Below are positions 23,410 through 33,968 of a DNA stretch of 64,000 nt, piece by piece. Position numbers and translations under genes: made by a program. The notes below the pieces were generated by a model, which worked only from the letters and a program-made list of their open reading frames with translations, had not been told where the DNA came from and did not search any database. The DNA is from Rebecca billardiae RCC1528. Taxonomy: Eukaryota; Protista; Haptophyta. The stretch is from NCBI GenBank assembly GCA_965240325.2, contig OZ251223.1, forward strand, positions 3,038,001 through 3,102,000, written 5' to 3'. The stretch's first letter is position 1, and every line of letters starts with the position of its first letter.

Positions 23410-26400
23410 GGAGGCGCGCGCGAGGCACCGCGCCAGCCAGACATGGAGGACGTGCTCGGTGTGAGCTTCTGCGGCCTGGTGAGCGTCCGCAGGAAGGCGC
23501 GGAAGCGGAAGCGCCGGGTCGGGGGGTTGCCGCCGGTGAGAGCGCGCAGAGCGGCGCGCGAGCACCGAGTGGTGGGCGTCAGGCATCGCATGCCGCGCGG
23601 GTCGCGCGCGCGTGCGAGTACATGTCGACTGCCAGCACATTACGGTGCGGCGCGGCGCGGCGCGGCGCGGCGCGGTGCGGCGCGGCGGCACGCACCACCA
23701 CGGCGGCAGCGAGACGGTGCCCTGCCCGATCGCCACCATGCTGTAGTTCACCGTGAGCATCGATCCCGGCAGGATGGCGTGCTTGGCGAACACGCCGATG
23801 CGCGGCACGCCGTCGACGACCCACGGCTGCATCTCGCAGTTGGGCTTGACCGAGTGCGAGATCATCCGAGCGAGCGAGCCGGCGCGAGAGATGTCGAGCG
23901 CGACCGGCGCGCGCTCGCCGAGCGTGAGGAAGCAGAGCTCCGGCGGCCACGGGATGTTCGAGGCGCGCAGCATGCAGGCGAAGTCGAGCGAGTCGGCGAA
24001 CATCTCGCCGCACGCCTCAATCACCAGCGCCGCCGCGGGGATGAAGCCCACGGCGATCAGGTGGTCGCCGCTCTGCTGCACCGACTGCCACTCGTGCCGG
24101 CGCAGCCGCTGGTTGCTGCACGCCGCGCCGCGGTGGCACACGGCCGGCGAGCACTCGGCGTGGCGCGCGTACCGCTGCTCGCACGTCTCGTTGCCGGGCA
24201 CGCCCGCGCCGCCCGCGCCTTTCACGGGGAGCAGGTCGACGTGGCACAGGCTGCGATTCTCCTGCGCGTGTCGCGGAGCCAGTGGGCCGGCGACGGCACG
24301 GGGAGGGGCGAGTGAGCAGAGCGGAGCGCGCGCCGCGCGCACGGCGCTCGGGTGGCGCGCGCACCTGCAGCAGGTGGTAGGAGGCCACCTTGCGCCGGAG
24401 CGCAGCTTCGCCCTTCGCCGCCCCGTCAGTCGCGCGGCCGAGGCAGGTGGAGCCGCCAGCCGAGGCGCAGCGCGACGAGCGAGCGTCGAAGGCGAGGCCG
24501 TGCAACTGCCCAAACGGGCGAGAGCGGCCCATGGCGAACAGATCGGCCCCGTCGGCGCCGTTGCTCGCGGACGGGCCCTGGGTCGACGGGATCACCGCGC
24601 CAAGGTGCTCGCTCAGCGCCGCGGCGCCGCCCTCGTCTCCGCCGCAGGCGATCACGAGCATCGAGATGAGCGAGTCGCCGCCGCCGCCGCCGCACTGGTG
24701 CAGCGCGGCGTACAGGCAGCAGAGCGCCTCGGCGAGACGCGGCAGCAGCGGCCTCGGCATGGCGCTCGTGGCTCGGCTCGCTGCAAGGCTCACGACGCGC
24801 TGCATCTGCGGCGAGAGCGCCTCGGCGATCAGGCTGTTCAGCTGCTGGTGCACGGCCGCGAGGGCGAGCACCTCGAACGCCATCGCGGCGACCAGGTCGT
24901 TGACCGAGCTGTCGCACAGCAACATGTCGCAGCCGAGGCGGAGCAGCTCCATCAGCAGCACGGGGCCCTCGTGGATGTACGCGCTCATGATGCGCGAGGA
25001 CGTCTGGCACTTGAGGATCGCGGCGAGGACGCGCAGCAGCGGGGCGCAGCCCATGTACAGCCGGGCGAGCGACGTGCAGCTCGAGGCCGCCTCGAGCCGC
25101 GTGCGCATGAAGGCGAGGAACGCGGGCATGCACTCGCGCTCCGCGGCCATGCCGATGGCCTGCGCGAGCAGCTTGGCATCGCCCGCCTCATTCGGCAGCG
25201 TGCCGATCGCGGCGTCCCAGAACGGGACGAGGTGCTCGCCCATCGAGAGCGCGTCCTCGGTGAGCGGTAGCTGGAGAATGGACAAGCTCTCCGCGACGAC
25301 CTCCGCGTAGTGCGGGATCTCGCGGTACTGCTGGCAAAGCGATCGCGCCGAGACGAGGTCGATCATGTCGCGCGGCAGCAGGAGCGCGCCGACCAGCTGC
25401 AGGACCTGCACGTCGGCGCCCGACTCCTCGCGCGAGAGCGCGCACAGGCAGCGCAGGATGTGCGCGACCAGGTCCGACGGATGGAATATGAACATCCGGA
25501 GGTGCTCGAGCTGCGGGAAGAGCGATCTGTTGCACAGCGTCAGCAGGTTCTGCACGAGGCTCAGAAAGGCCGCCCGCTTTGTCAGCAGCACGCCGTTCGG
25601 ACGCTCGAGCGCGCCCACGATGGTGCGCAGCAGGGGCTGCACTTCGTAGACGCCCAGTGGCGGCAGCGCGACAAGCGCCGCAATCGTGATGCCGCGCGAG
25701 CGGACGGGGAGCGCGCTGTGGAAGGTGTTGGCCGGCGCGGACGTGACGTCGACCAGCGCGATGCGCTTCGCAAGCTGCTGCACGTCGCAGTGCAGGATGT
25801 GCAACGCGTGCATCACCTCGTCGCTTCTCAGCGTGAGCGGGCGCGCCGTAAGATCGCGCTCGGGCAGCGGCACCGGCACGTCCGGCTCCGCTAGCGCTAC
25901 GATGGGCCGCCCGGCCACGGCCGGGCTCACAGCGGTCGGGCGTGCCGCCGTCGCCTCGCCAGCGTCGGAAGTGCCAGCGCGCGCAGCACGCGCAGGCGCA
26001 GGTGGGCACGAAGCCCGTGCGTGGGGCTCGGCAGGTGCGCCGGCAGCCCGATCGCGCGCCTCCGCGTGCGCGGCGGCCTTGTCGTGTCGCGCCTCCGTGG
26101 CAGAGCCAGCCCTCGCCCGCGCGTGCGCGTCTGGCGCAGGGGCGGCCGCAGCCGCATCAGCTTCGAGGTCGGGCCCGATCCCGGGCGGCTGCACGAGCCG
26201 GAGCGAGTCGGCGCTCTCGTACGCAACTGACGGGAGACTCGAGTTGGGATAGTTTATGATCAGGCGCGAGTGCCCTGCGCACGCGCGCGCGAGGCCCGCG
26301 CACGCGGGCGAGGCGGTAAGCAAAGCGTGGATGACAGGCTGGTGATTGGCACTCTCGCGCTGATCGTGCGCACGATGCGAGGGCGTGGACCGAAGGCGCT

Positions 26401-27380
26401 TGGCGCGCGCGTACCGCCGATGGGGTGGTGGGTGCGCACGCCAAAGCAGAATCTCGAGAGGTCCATGTCCTGCCCGCCGAGCGAGTACTTTGTCAGCATG
26501 GTCGACGCGACCTGCGTGCGCCATCAGCCAGCGCGCGCACACGCACCCGTGTGAGCGCGTGCACAGAGCGCGGAGCCCATCGGCCCGCGCAGCGCGCGCC
26601 GGGCGCGCGCCAGATGAAGGCGACCCTCGCGCGACGCGGCTCACCTCCTGCCACTTGGGTTGGCCGTGGACCATGATCGAGATGGTGTATGTGTAGCGCA
26701 TGTCGTGTCCGGAGTGTGCCGCCGACGGCTCTGATGGCGTGTCCGGGGGCTGCCATTCCAGGCGTACGCCGCGCGTACTTGTTGACGTGATCTGGGCAGT
26801 TTTCGAGCGTCACGCGTCCGGGGCAAGGCAAGGGCGCGGCGCGATCAGAAAAGGAGGCACCAGCAGGGGCGGTCGGCGCGCGTCGCTCGGTCAGCGCGGC
26901 GCGCACCTTCAGCTCGCGTGGGTCGAGCGGCAGCGATGGCCTCAGCCTGTTCGAGGCGTGCGCGGCGGGGGCATGCCTGTCGGGCGAGCTGCGCACGCAG
27001 CGCAGCGGCGGGGGGGCAGGCGACAAAGGAGGATGGCGCGAGGTGAGCGCACGTTCACCGCTGAGCATGGATTCGATCACATGCTTTGAGACAAACGCAG
27101 GTGGCAGCCCCTTGGCTGGTGCGACGTACCTCGGACGGATCGGCGGCCGGCTCGCGGGGGAGACCGAGGAAAGAACCGCGTCCGGATGCGCGTGTGAGGG
27201 CGAGGTGCCCGCGGCGGTACCCGCAGCTGGCTGCGAGGTCCATTCCGCAGCTGCGCCGCTGGCCGACGCCGGCATCGCCGGGCGGGCCTGCGAGTGCATC
27301 ACTGCTGGGGCCTCGCGAGTCTGTGCGGAGACCGAGAAGGCGGGTTTCGGCAGCGAACCGGTCGCCTCAATCACCGCCAT
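21666..27380 (-). CDS. Multi-exon protein: FN3-like domain + long helical region + AWS/SET domain + Gln/Pro/Met-rich tail
   Basis: Inferred introns 26906-26792, 26644-26512, one near 26440-26275 (boundaries ambiguous), 24364-24262 and about 23695-23476. FN3-like PLDPRELKITSTSTRGVRLEWQPP..YTYTI..WQEV. AWS-like ECSPAVC..G.ACSNQR and SET GSLARMISHSVKPN..WVVDG.PRIGVFA..I..G..LTVNY. Confidence 0.7.
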
Positions 27381-28803
27381 GTGCGCGCCTGCTCGGGCGG
27401 GTCAGCACCGGAGGGTGGGTGCGCGGAAGGGATGTCGCGCGGACGCCATTTCAGTGAGGCCGGTGCCGCACGCGAGGATCGCGGCACTGCGAGAGTGCTC
27501 GGCATGGCGCACGAGCGAGGTCACGGATGCGCGCAGGTCGCGCGACCTCGGCGCGCCAGGCCGCGCATCCCCGTCGGCATCGCGCGGCCGATGTCGCGCG
27601 GGCGTGCGCACCGGGGCCTCGCGCTGCGGGGCGGGGGGCTCCTCCTTCTTATGACAGGCAACAAGGGCTCGTGTCGGGCGCGGCGGACGCGAGTGCCGCC
27701 ACAAAGGTCACTTGGTGCGCGCTGATTGGCTGCCAGACTCTATTCCGCACAGTCTCGTCAGTTTCAAGTGACCCCTGCCGGTAATCATAATGGAGTCTAA
27801 TCAAAACTGCCTAGTCGAGCTATTCTGGACACGAAGAGTGCTGTAATGTTGATATCGAATGCCTGCCAACCCACACATATGCCGATTCGCCTCCATGAAC
27901 GATTGGAAATACAATCATTCGTGATATGAGGGAATCTCTGCACCCTTCAGCCTCGATGACTGATGACCTTGCCCCGCGCATTGGCCACCGTCAAACAACA
28001 TGGACGCGCGTCGTGTTGCGCCTTGCGCCAGGTTGTGACGGCGCCCTGAGCTGCGGCGTTCCGTGTTCATGCCAGCCACGGGAGTCGCACCGAGGCCTGC
28101 GGCCGTGGCGTATAGGTCTTGAGAAAAGCTGCCGCGGTGGCGGCACACAATCTCGAAGAAGGCCGCCGCGCCGCCAAGTCAAAGTGCCGCGGCGATTGAA
28201 GCTCACGGCGGAGCGGCGTCGAGGGACAAAGACAGCGTAGTGGGGGATCCCGACGTGGCTGATGCCACTCGAACGGGGAGAGTGGCGGGGGGGGACACAC
28301 GCCACTATTGGGCCCAACGGCCGCACAGTCCGAGTCCCGGTTGAAGCGTGACTGGAAAGTGGTCCGGAAGGCTTGAGCCGAGTCGTCTTAACGAGGTCGC
28401 TCGCATGCCGCCGGCTGCATGATGACCGATTCTGGATGATTACGAGCTGCGCCGCCCTGCGCGACTGGCGAGCCAGGCATGCACTGAACCCCTCCCGCGC
28501 TCCGCAAGACCCAGAGTGGTTCCCCGGCTGTCCAGGCGGCGCTGCGACGTCATACGATGATGATGACGAGGGGATGCCACATGCGGACATGCCTCCAACC
28601 GGCTAGCAAGGGAGCCAGGCAGCGGAGAAACCCCCGCCACAAAAGCGGTATCGTACGAAAGCCAGGCCCCGAAAGCGTAGCGTTTCGCGAACCACTAATC
28701 TTCATATGACGAGGTCTGGATGTGACGAAACAGGTCCGGCTCGGCCTCTGGCAAGACGACGGCGCGGTCCCTGCGCGTCGCGGGACTCGCCCTGATCCGG
28801 TCC

Positions 28804-29412
28804 ATGGTTTGGCCTGGAGCTGTCCGCAAGAAGCCGAGCGTGGCAGAACGGCTCTTCAAATGGGCACCCGTCGCCTTCCTGATACCAGGGTCGTATGTCA
28901 TCGCCCAGCGTTGTGCGCTCTCGCGCGTGATGCAGGGCGTGGTGTTCCTTGTCGGGTGGTGGGTTGAGGCCCGGGCATTGGCGTGGTACGAGCGCGTGAA
29001 AGCAGAGGCACAGGCGCGCGAGTGGGATCGCAAGTACTGCATACCTCCGCGCGACTTTACCATGGAGCAAGTCGCGCGCCATGATGGCAGCGACGTCGAC
29101 TTGCCCATACTGGTCGTGATTCGCGGCAAGGTGTTCAACGTGAGCCGCGGAGCCGAGTACTACGGGAAGGATGGGCCGTACAACATCTTCGCGGGCCGAG
29201 ACGCGACGTGGCTTCTCGCAAAGGGCGAGTTGCAGCTAGGATCGCCCGCAGAAATGGCCGCCCCGCTCACCGCGCTCGAGGAGCAGGAGGTCGATGGCTG
29301 GTTCCAGCATTTCACATACAAGTACGACCTGCTCGGTGACGTCGTGCTGCTGGCTGATCACGACTCGGACATCGCACCACCGCTTGGCTGCAATCCAAAC
29401 ACGACACGATAA
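28804..29412 (+). CDS. Membrane-associated progesterone receptor (MAPR)-type cytochrome b5 heme/steroid-binding protein
   Basis: FT.EQ...HDGSD..PILV.IRGKVFNVSRG..YYG..GPY..FAGRDAT..LAK..W...F..KY..G, with an N-terminal hydrophobic segment. Confidence 0.9.
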   Translation: MVWPGAVRKKPSVAERLFKWAPVAFLIPGSYVIAQRCALSRVMQGVVFLVGWWVEARALAWYERVKAEAQAREWDRKYCIPPRDFTMEQVARHDGSDVDLPILVVIRGKVFNVSRGAEYYGKDGPYNIFAGRDATWLLAKGELQLGSPAEMAAPLTALEEQEVDGWFQHFTYKYDLLGDVVLLADHDSDIAPPLGCNPNTTR

Positions 29413-29704
29413 CAGCGAGCAGGACGGGGTTACTGTGGGCGTACGCGAAAACGGCGATATCAGGCTGGCCCTACCACATGTCCTGTTTACAAAAGGGCGT
29501 CGACTCAGGCCTGTGGCTGTGGCCGAGTGTTCGGGTCGGCCCGTCGGGCCACAAGAGCTAGCTGCTACATTATGATGCCACCGGGCTGCGAACGCCAGGC
29601 CCGCTCGCAAAGATATGACCGACAATAACCGGTAGACTAGTCGTGGGCGCAGCAAGCTGGTCCCGCGCATTCGATTTCGCGCAGTGGCCGCGCAGCTGAC
29701 GCAT

Positions 29705-29760
29705 TCTCGCCTGCCTGTCATTGTCAAGCTGTGTGCGTCTCTTATTCTTAGTAAACTGTA
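29705..29760 (-). repeat. Transposon-end-like sequence TACAGTTTACTAAGAATAAGAGACGCACACAGCT (copy 1)
   Basis: Reverse complement of 40625-40672 and 41071-41119, with a 9-nt insertion. Confidence 0.75.
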
Positions 29761-32181
29761 CCGGTACTCCGCTCATATTGACACAGTCACAGCTGACCGC
29801 CGATTCACTGTCGACCGTAGATCCCTGACTTGGATGAGTTGGATTCGCGGGCCTCGCGGCCCCCGGGCCCGGCCCGAGCACCCTGGGATCCGGCCGCCCG
29901 CTGGCCGGGGGCTGCTCAGCACGGGCGCCCGATTATCACATGTAATCATGCGCGGCCGAGCAAGTGGGACGGTCCGTGCCCCGTGGCGCCGGACCTCGAC
30001 GGCTTCGTCACTGACAACTGCTGATGTCGTACGCGTCACTAGCCGTGACGATTAATTACCGTCTCGGAAGTGACGAGCGCGGTCAGCTAGGTCCGCTGCT
30101 CTCAGCTAGCTTCCGGTCTACCGGTCGCCGAGCGAGTTAGACAATATCCGACGAACAAAGCGTCGTGCGCCTGTGCTGCGTCTCACTGCTCTCCGACTGC
30201 TGACGAGACGACCGTGTGCTCTCACTGCTGCTGGCTGGCGCGGCGGTAGTTGTCACTGCCGGCTAGAGCGCTGGTCGGCGTCCGGCTGCACTCTACCGCT
30301 GCGCAGGCCGCAGCAACCCAGTGACCAGATGCCCACGCTGGACCCTATTAACACTACCGGAGTACTGACTACTATAGCCAGCCTGAGCGGTTCCGTGATT
30401 TTGCTCCGACCAACTGCCGACCGATTCCGAGATCTACTGCGTGCACGCAGAGTATTTGCATCAGAAGCCTTACTGTAGCCTGGCATCAGCCACCAGCCAG
30501 GCTACGAGATGCAGTCGTCGCAGTAAGCTACCGCCTCTACTACGAGGTGATTGACGCGGGGAACGGAACGGCCGGAACGGGCGCCATCTGAGTGCCGGCG
30601 GCGTCAGTAGTGCGGCCCGTCCGGCTCACCGCCGATCAGGCCGCCGGCGTCCCGTAGTCAATATCAATATGGCCGTCATGAGGCCTCAGCGTGGGCCGCA
30701 CGGGCCCGCGCGGGCGTCGCGTAGCCGAGGCCTCATAATGCCTCAACTTCAAGGCCCGTAGGCTCAAGCTCGGGCGGCTCTGTGAGTCTGTCTGTCGACC
30801 GCCTGCTGCCAGTGCCGGACCCACTCACGAATAGGACAGTCGAATCCCCGCGTTGCAGGACACTCAGTCAGACTGGCTCATTTACTCTATGAAGGTAGCC
30901 GGCGTGCCATCACTGTCACGGGCAGCGCCGACCGGGCGACCGAGGCGACCGCCGACCGGACTCGGGACTGCGCGGGCTGCCGCCGGGCCCGTCGCCGCCC
31001 GACGACCCGCCGGACCGGGTCCGGGTCCGGTCGTAGTGTCCGCCGGTACCGAGGCGACTCGCAAACCGAGTCCGAGTACTGTCAGTCCGGGGCACCGATC
31101 GTCTGCCTGCTGCCTGGGCTCTGACGAATCATAATATGGCTGATGAGTGCCATCCGCTATCAAATCGTGATACGAACTATTCAGTATTGCGCGTGCTGAG
31201 ATGGGCACTCATCACTCAGTGGCCGGGCCTGATGCCGTGATAGCTTATGCGGAATGGTGACACTGAGCAGTCGTGGGACAATCCTCAGCGACATACTGGT
31301 CCGTATTACTCTAGTATCACAGCCTGACATTACAATCGATGATTCTGAGTGATCTGACTGATCACTAGTCCGCGTCAGTGCAAGGTGGTCGGTACCCGGT
31401 GCAGACGGCACTGCCTCTGCGGTCACCGAGTCTGCCGTCTGCGACGCCGGCGGCGGCGTCGGAGTACGTCTGCTCACTATATTCCCGTATTACGGTGGCA
31501 CTGCGGTAAAGTCCGGCCTGTCGTGATGGCTTCAAGCTGTCACTCAATGTCGTACCGGCCAACGGTATAAGTGGCGCTGGCGTAACATCAGCCGTCTCAA
31601 GTGTCATGCAGCACTAGCTACCAGTCGCGGGACCGGGCGGCCCGGCGCTCCGCGCCGCTCCGCCGCGCCGCTCCGCGCTCGGCCGCACTGCCGACAGCGA
31701 CAGCCCTGGGAGCGGCGCGGCTAGCTCGGCTAGCGGCCGAGGCCTCCGGTCGAGCAGGCGTGCTAGCTGAGAATCTCAGTGAGAATCTGAATCACCGGAT
31801 CACTCGTCGGGCCGCCACTCAACGGTGACTACTGGGCCACTCAGTCACTCGTCCCGGACTCGGTCGTTATATTGACGGCGGGCCGCTGACCGGAACCAGG
31901 TCGCGAACATTCATACAAATAATATATCGACTCGCTACGGCTGGTCGTCAGCACCCGCCGCTACCGGACGCTATACAGTACTCGATCCGGACCGGGCTCC
32001 GGCTTCCGCTTCGGTTGACCGCCCTAACTCCGGTCACTGGAGCGTTACTCATCTTGACATGGAGATCGGCGGGATCGCCGCCTCTGATGCATCTACGATC
32101 GCTCCTAGACCACCCCAGGCGGTCCCTTGGACGATATGACGCGGCCAGATGGATCATCAGCCAAACCTCCAATATATACAT

Positions 32182-32336
32182 ATAGGTTCAGACTCTATTT
32201 TCTATAACTAGCCGTACCCGCAGTCCGGGTGCTATTTGCGCATATGTACACATGTGTCCGGGTCGCTACCGGACGGTGCTGAAACCTGGGTAAGGGGCCA
32301 CGGGTAATTACATCGTAAAACAGAGTCTGAACCTAT
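32182..32336. repeat. Small inverted repeat (about 20 bp arms, MITE-like)
   Basis: ataggttcagactctatttt at 32182 and aaaacagagtctgaacctat ending about 32336. Confidence 0.6.
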
Positions 32337-32855
32337 CGGGAGGTGGTCTGCTGATGCCCCGTCACTCGTCAGCATTTCTATCTCGTTGAAGTCCTCATCA
32401 ATTGGGGCGGTAGGATTATTGGAAGGGTCGTCAAGGGACCGTCGGCTGCATCCGGTCAGTAAAGCTCCGCCCGGCTAATAATGATTGACTCATCACTATG
32501 ATAATGATGGAGTTGCGAGGCCGCGGGCAGACTCTTCGCCCTTCGAATCTGCGGCTCACGCCCGTCGCCCGCCAGCTCGGAGCTCCGTCGCCTGGAGAAT
32601 CCGTAAAGGGCCGCAAGACGTAACGGTCGTAACGCGGAGCCTTAGGGGGGTCAACCGGAGCTAGAGCCACCGTATGATCATCAGCTTTATACTACTTTAG
32701 GCGCTTTAGCCGCCCGGACTCTCGGACTCTGATGCTGGGACTCACAGGAGCCGGGGCCCGAGGCCGAGCGGGCAAGCCGGTCGCTCCGCCGGGGTTTGAT
32801 CCCCATCCCACTGGACGCATAGTTCGGCGGCGACCACTTGGATCCGGGTCCAAAC

Positions 32856-33731
32856 TCACTTTGCCTTCTGCTTCTCGCGCTCGGCTGTGGACGGACGCTT
32901 CCCTTTCTGAGACCCGGCAGTGCTCGGGCGCTCAGGAGGCGGAGGTCGAGGTGAGCAGGCCTCCTCGTCGTAGGAGAGCTCCAAGCTGCTGACCAGTGCC
33001 TGCTCCGCGGCAAGAACGTCCGCCGCGTTACGCTCATGGAAGGACAGCGTCTTCGGTCGCTCGCGAATCTTGCCCACGTCGCCTCGCCTGCTTGGCGCGT
33101 ACCGCTTGATGCCAAGACGCACGTTAGGGGTGACGCCCTCCTGCTTGAAGTAGCCATTTGCGTAGACCACGTGCTCACACTGGTCGCTGCCAACGCCCGC
33201 GGGGATCAACTCGCCGTCACGGAGCACGGCTTGAAGCGGGTGCCTCCCGCGCCGGCCCATCCTGTTCTCTAGAAAGAAGGATGTCGAGCGCTCGGTCGCC
33301 GCGGGCTGCCCGTCTTCGCGACGGACGTGCCGCTTGCGGTTAAGAACGTCCTCGATCACGTACTCGCCGCGAGCGACGCCGTCGACTTCGCGCAGGTGGC
33401 GGCGTTCGGCCCGCTTGTAGTCGACGGCTGGTGGTGGCGCGATATACTTTCGGCCACCGCCCACTGAGCCGCCGACCCCCCAGTCCGGCCCGGAGAAAGC
33501 CGGCTGGACACGAGTCTGGGCCAAGGTGGCTGCGGGCGCGGGCGCGGGCTCCTTTGATTGCACGTGGCTGCCACGCTCGGGCACGCGGCGCACTGAAGAG
33601 CGCCAGTCGTTTGCGGGCTGCGCGAGGAAGGCTCCAAAGCCTTGCGACAGGCCGATATCGTTGCGCTGTGGCTCCGACGCGCGGGCGCGCCCCTGCAGAG
33701 CCCACCCCCCCTCCACCCGCAGCGCGGCCAT
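32856..33731 (-). CDS. Hypothetical basic protein (291 aa), no recognisable domain
   Basis: ATG-initiated ORF with ordinary amino-acid composition (unlike the Ala/Arg-rich shadow ORFs), head-to-head with USO1 like other gene pairs here. Confidence 0.55.
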   Translation of the reverse strand: MAALRVEGGWALQGRARASEPQRNDIGLSQGFGAFLAQPANDWRSSVRRVPERGSHVQSKEPAPAPAATLAQTRVQPAFSGPDWGVGGSVGGGRKYIAPPPAVDYKRAERRHLREVDGVARGEYVIEDVLNRKRHVRREDGQPAATERSTSFFLENRMGRRGRHPLQAVLRDGELIPAGVGSDQCEHVVYANGYFKQEGVTPNVRLGIKRYAPSRRGDVGKIRERPKTLSFHERNAADVLAAEQALVSSLELSYDEEACSPRPPPPERPSTAGSQKGKRPSTAEREKQKAK

Positions 33732-33968
33732 CTTACCTGCTTGGAGTGCGCAGAAACGGCGCGAACCGCAGGATCCGGACTGAATCCGGGCAAAGGTCCT
33801 TTGATCCGGGCGAAGTCGCCTCGCTCACTTGCGCTGCCGACCCACGGCGGCGTGCGCGCTTTGAGCGAGCAAGCGGAGCAGTGGCCGCCGCGTCGGCACA
33901 CTTGCTCCATCTCGGGTGCTGCCCCTGGCGACGCGATCTCGTAGCGGGCGCCCGCGATGTGGGCGCGG

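Noticed and set aside
26275-26441. Non-canonical GC-AG intron in the SET gene
   Set aside because: A GT donor at 26439 with in-frame AG acceptors (e.g. 26360) also works, so this cannot be resolved without transcripts.
27900-28700. Possible small gene or RNase P/MRP-like RNA between the SET and MAPR genes
   Set aside because: The ORFs are short and motif-free, and resemblance to the conserved RNase P/MRP regions is too weak.
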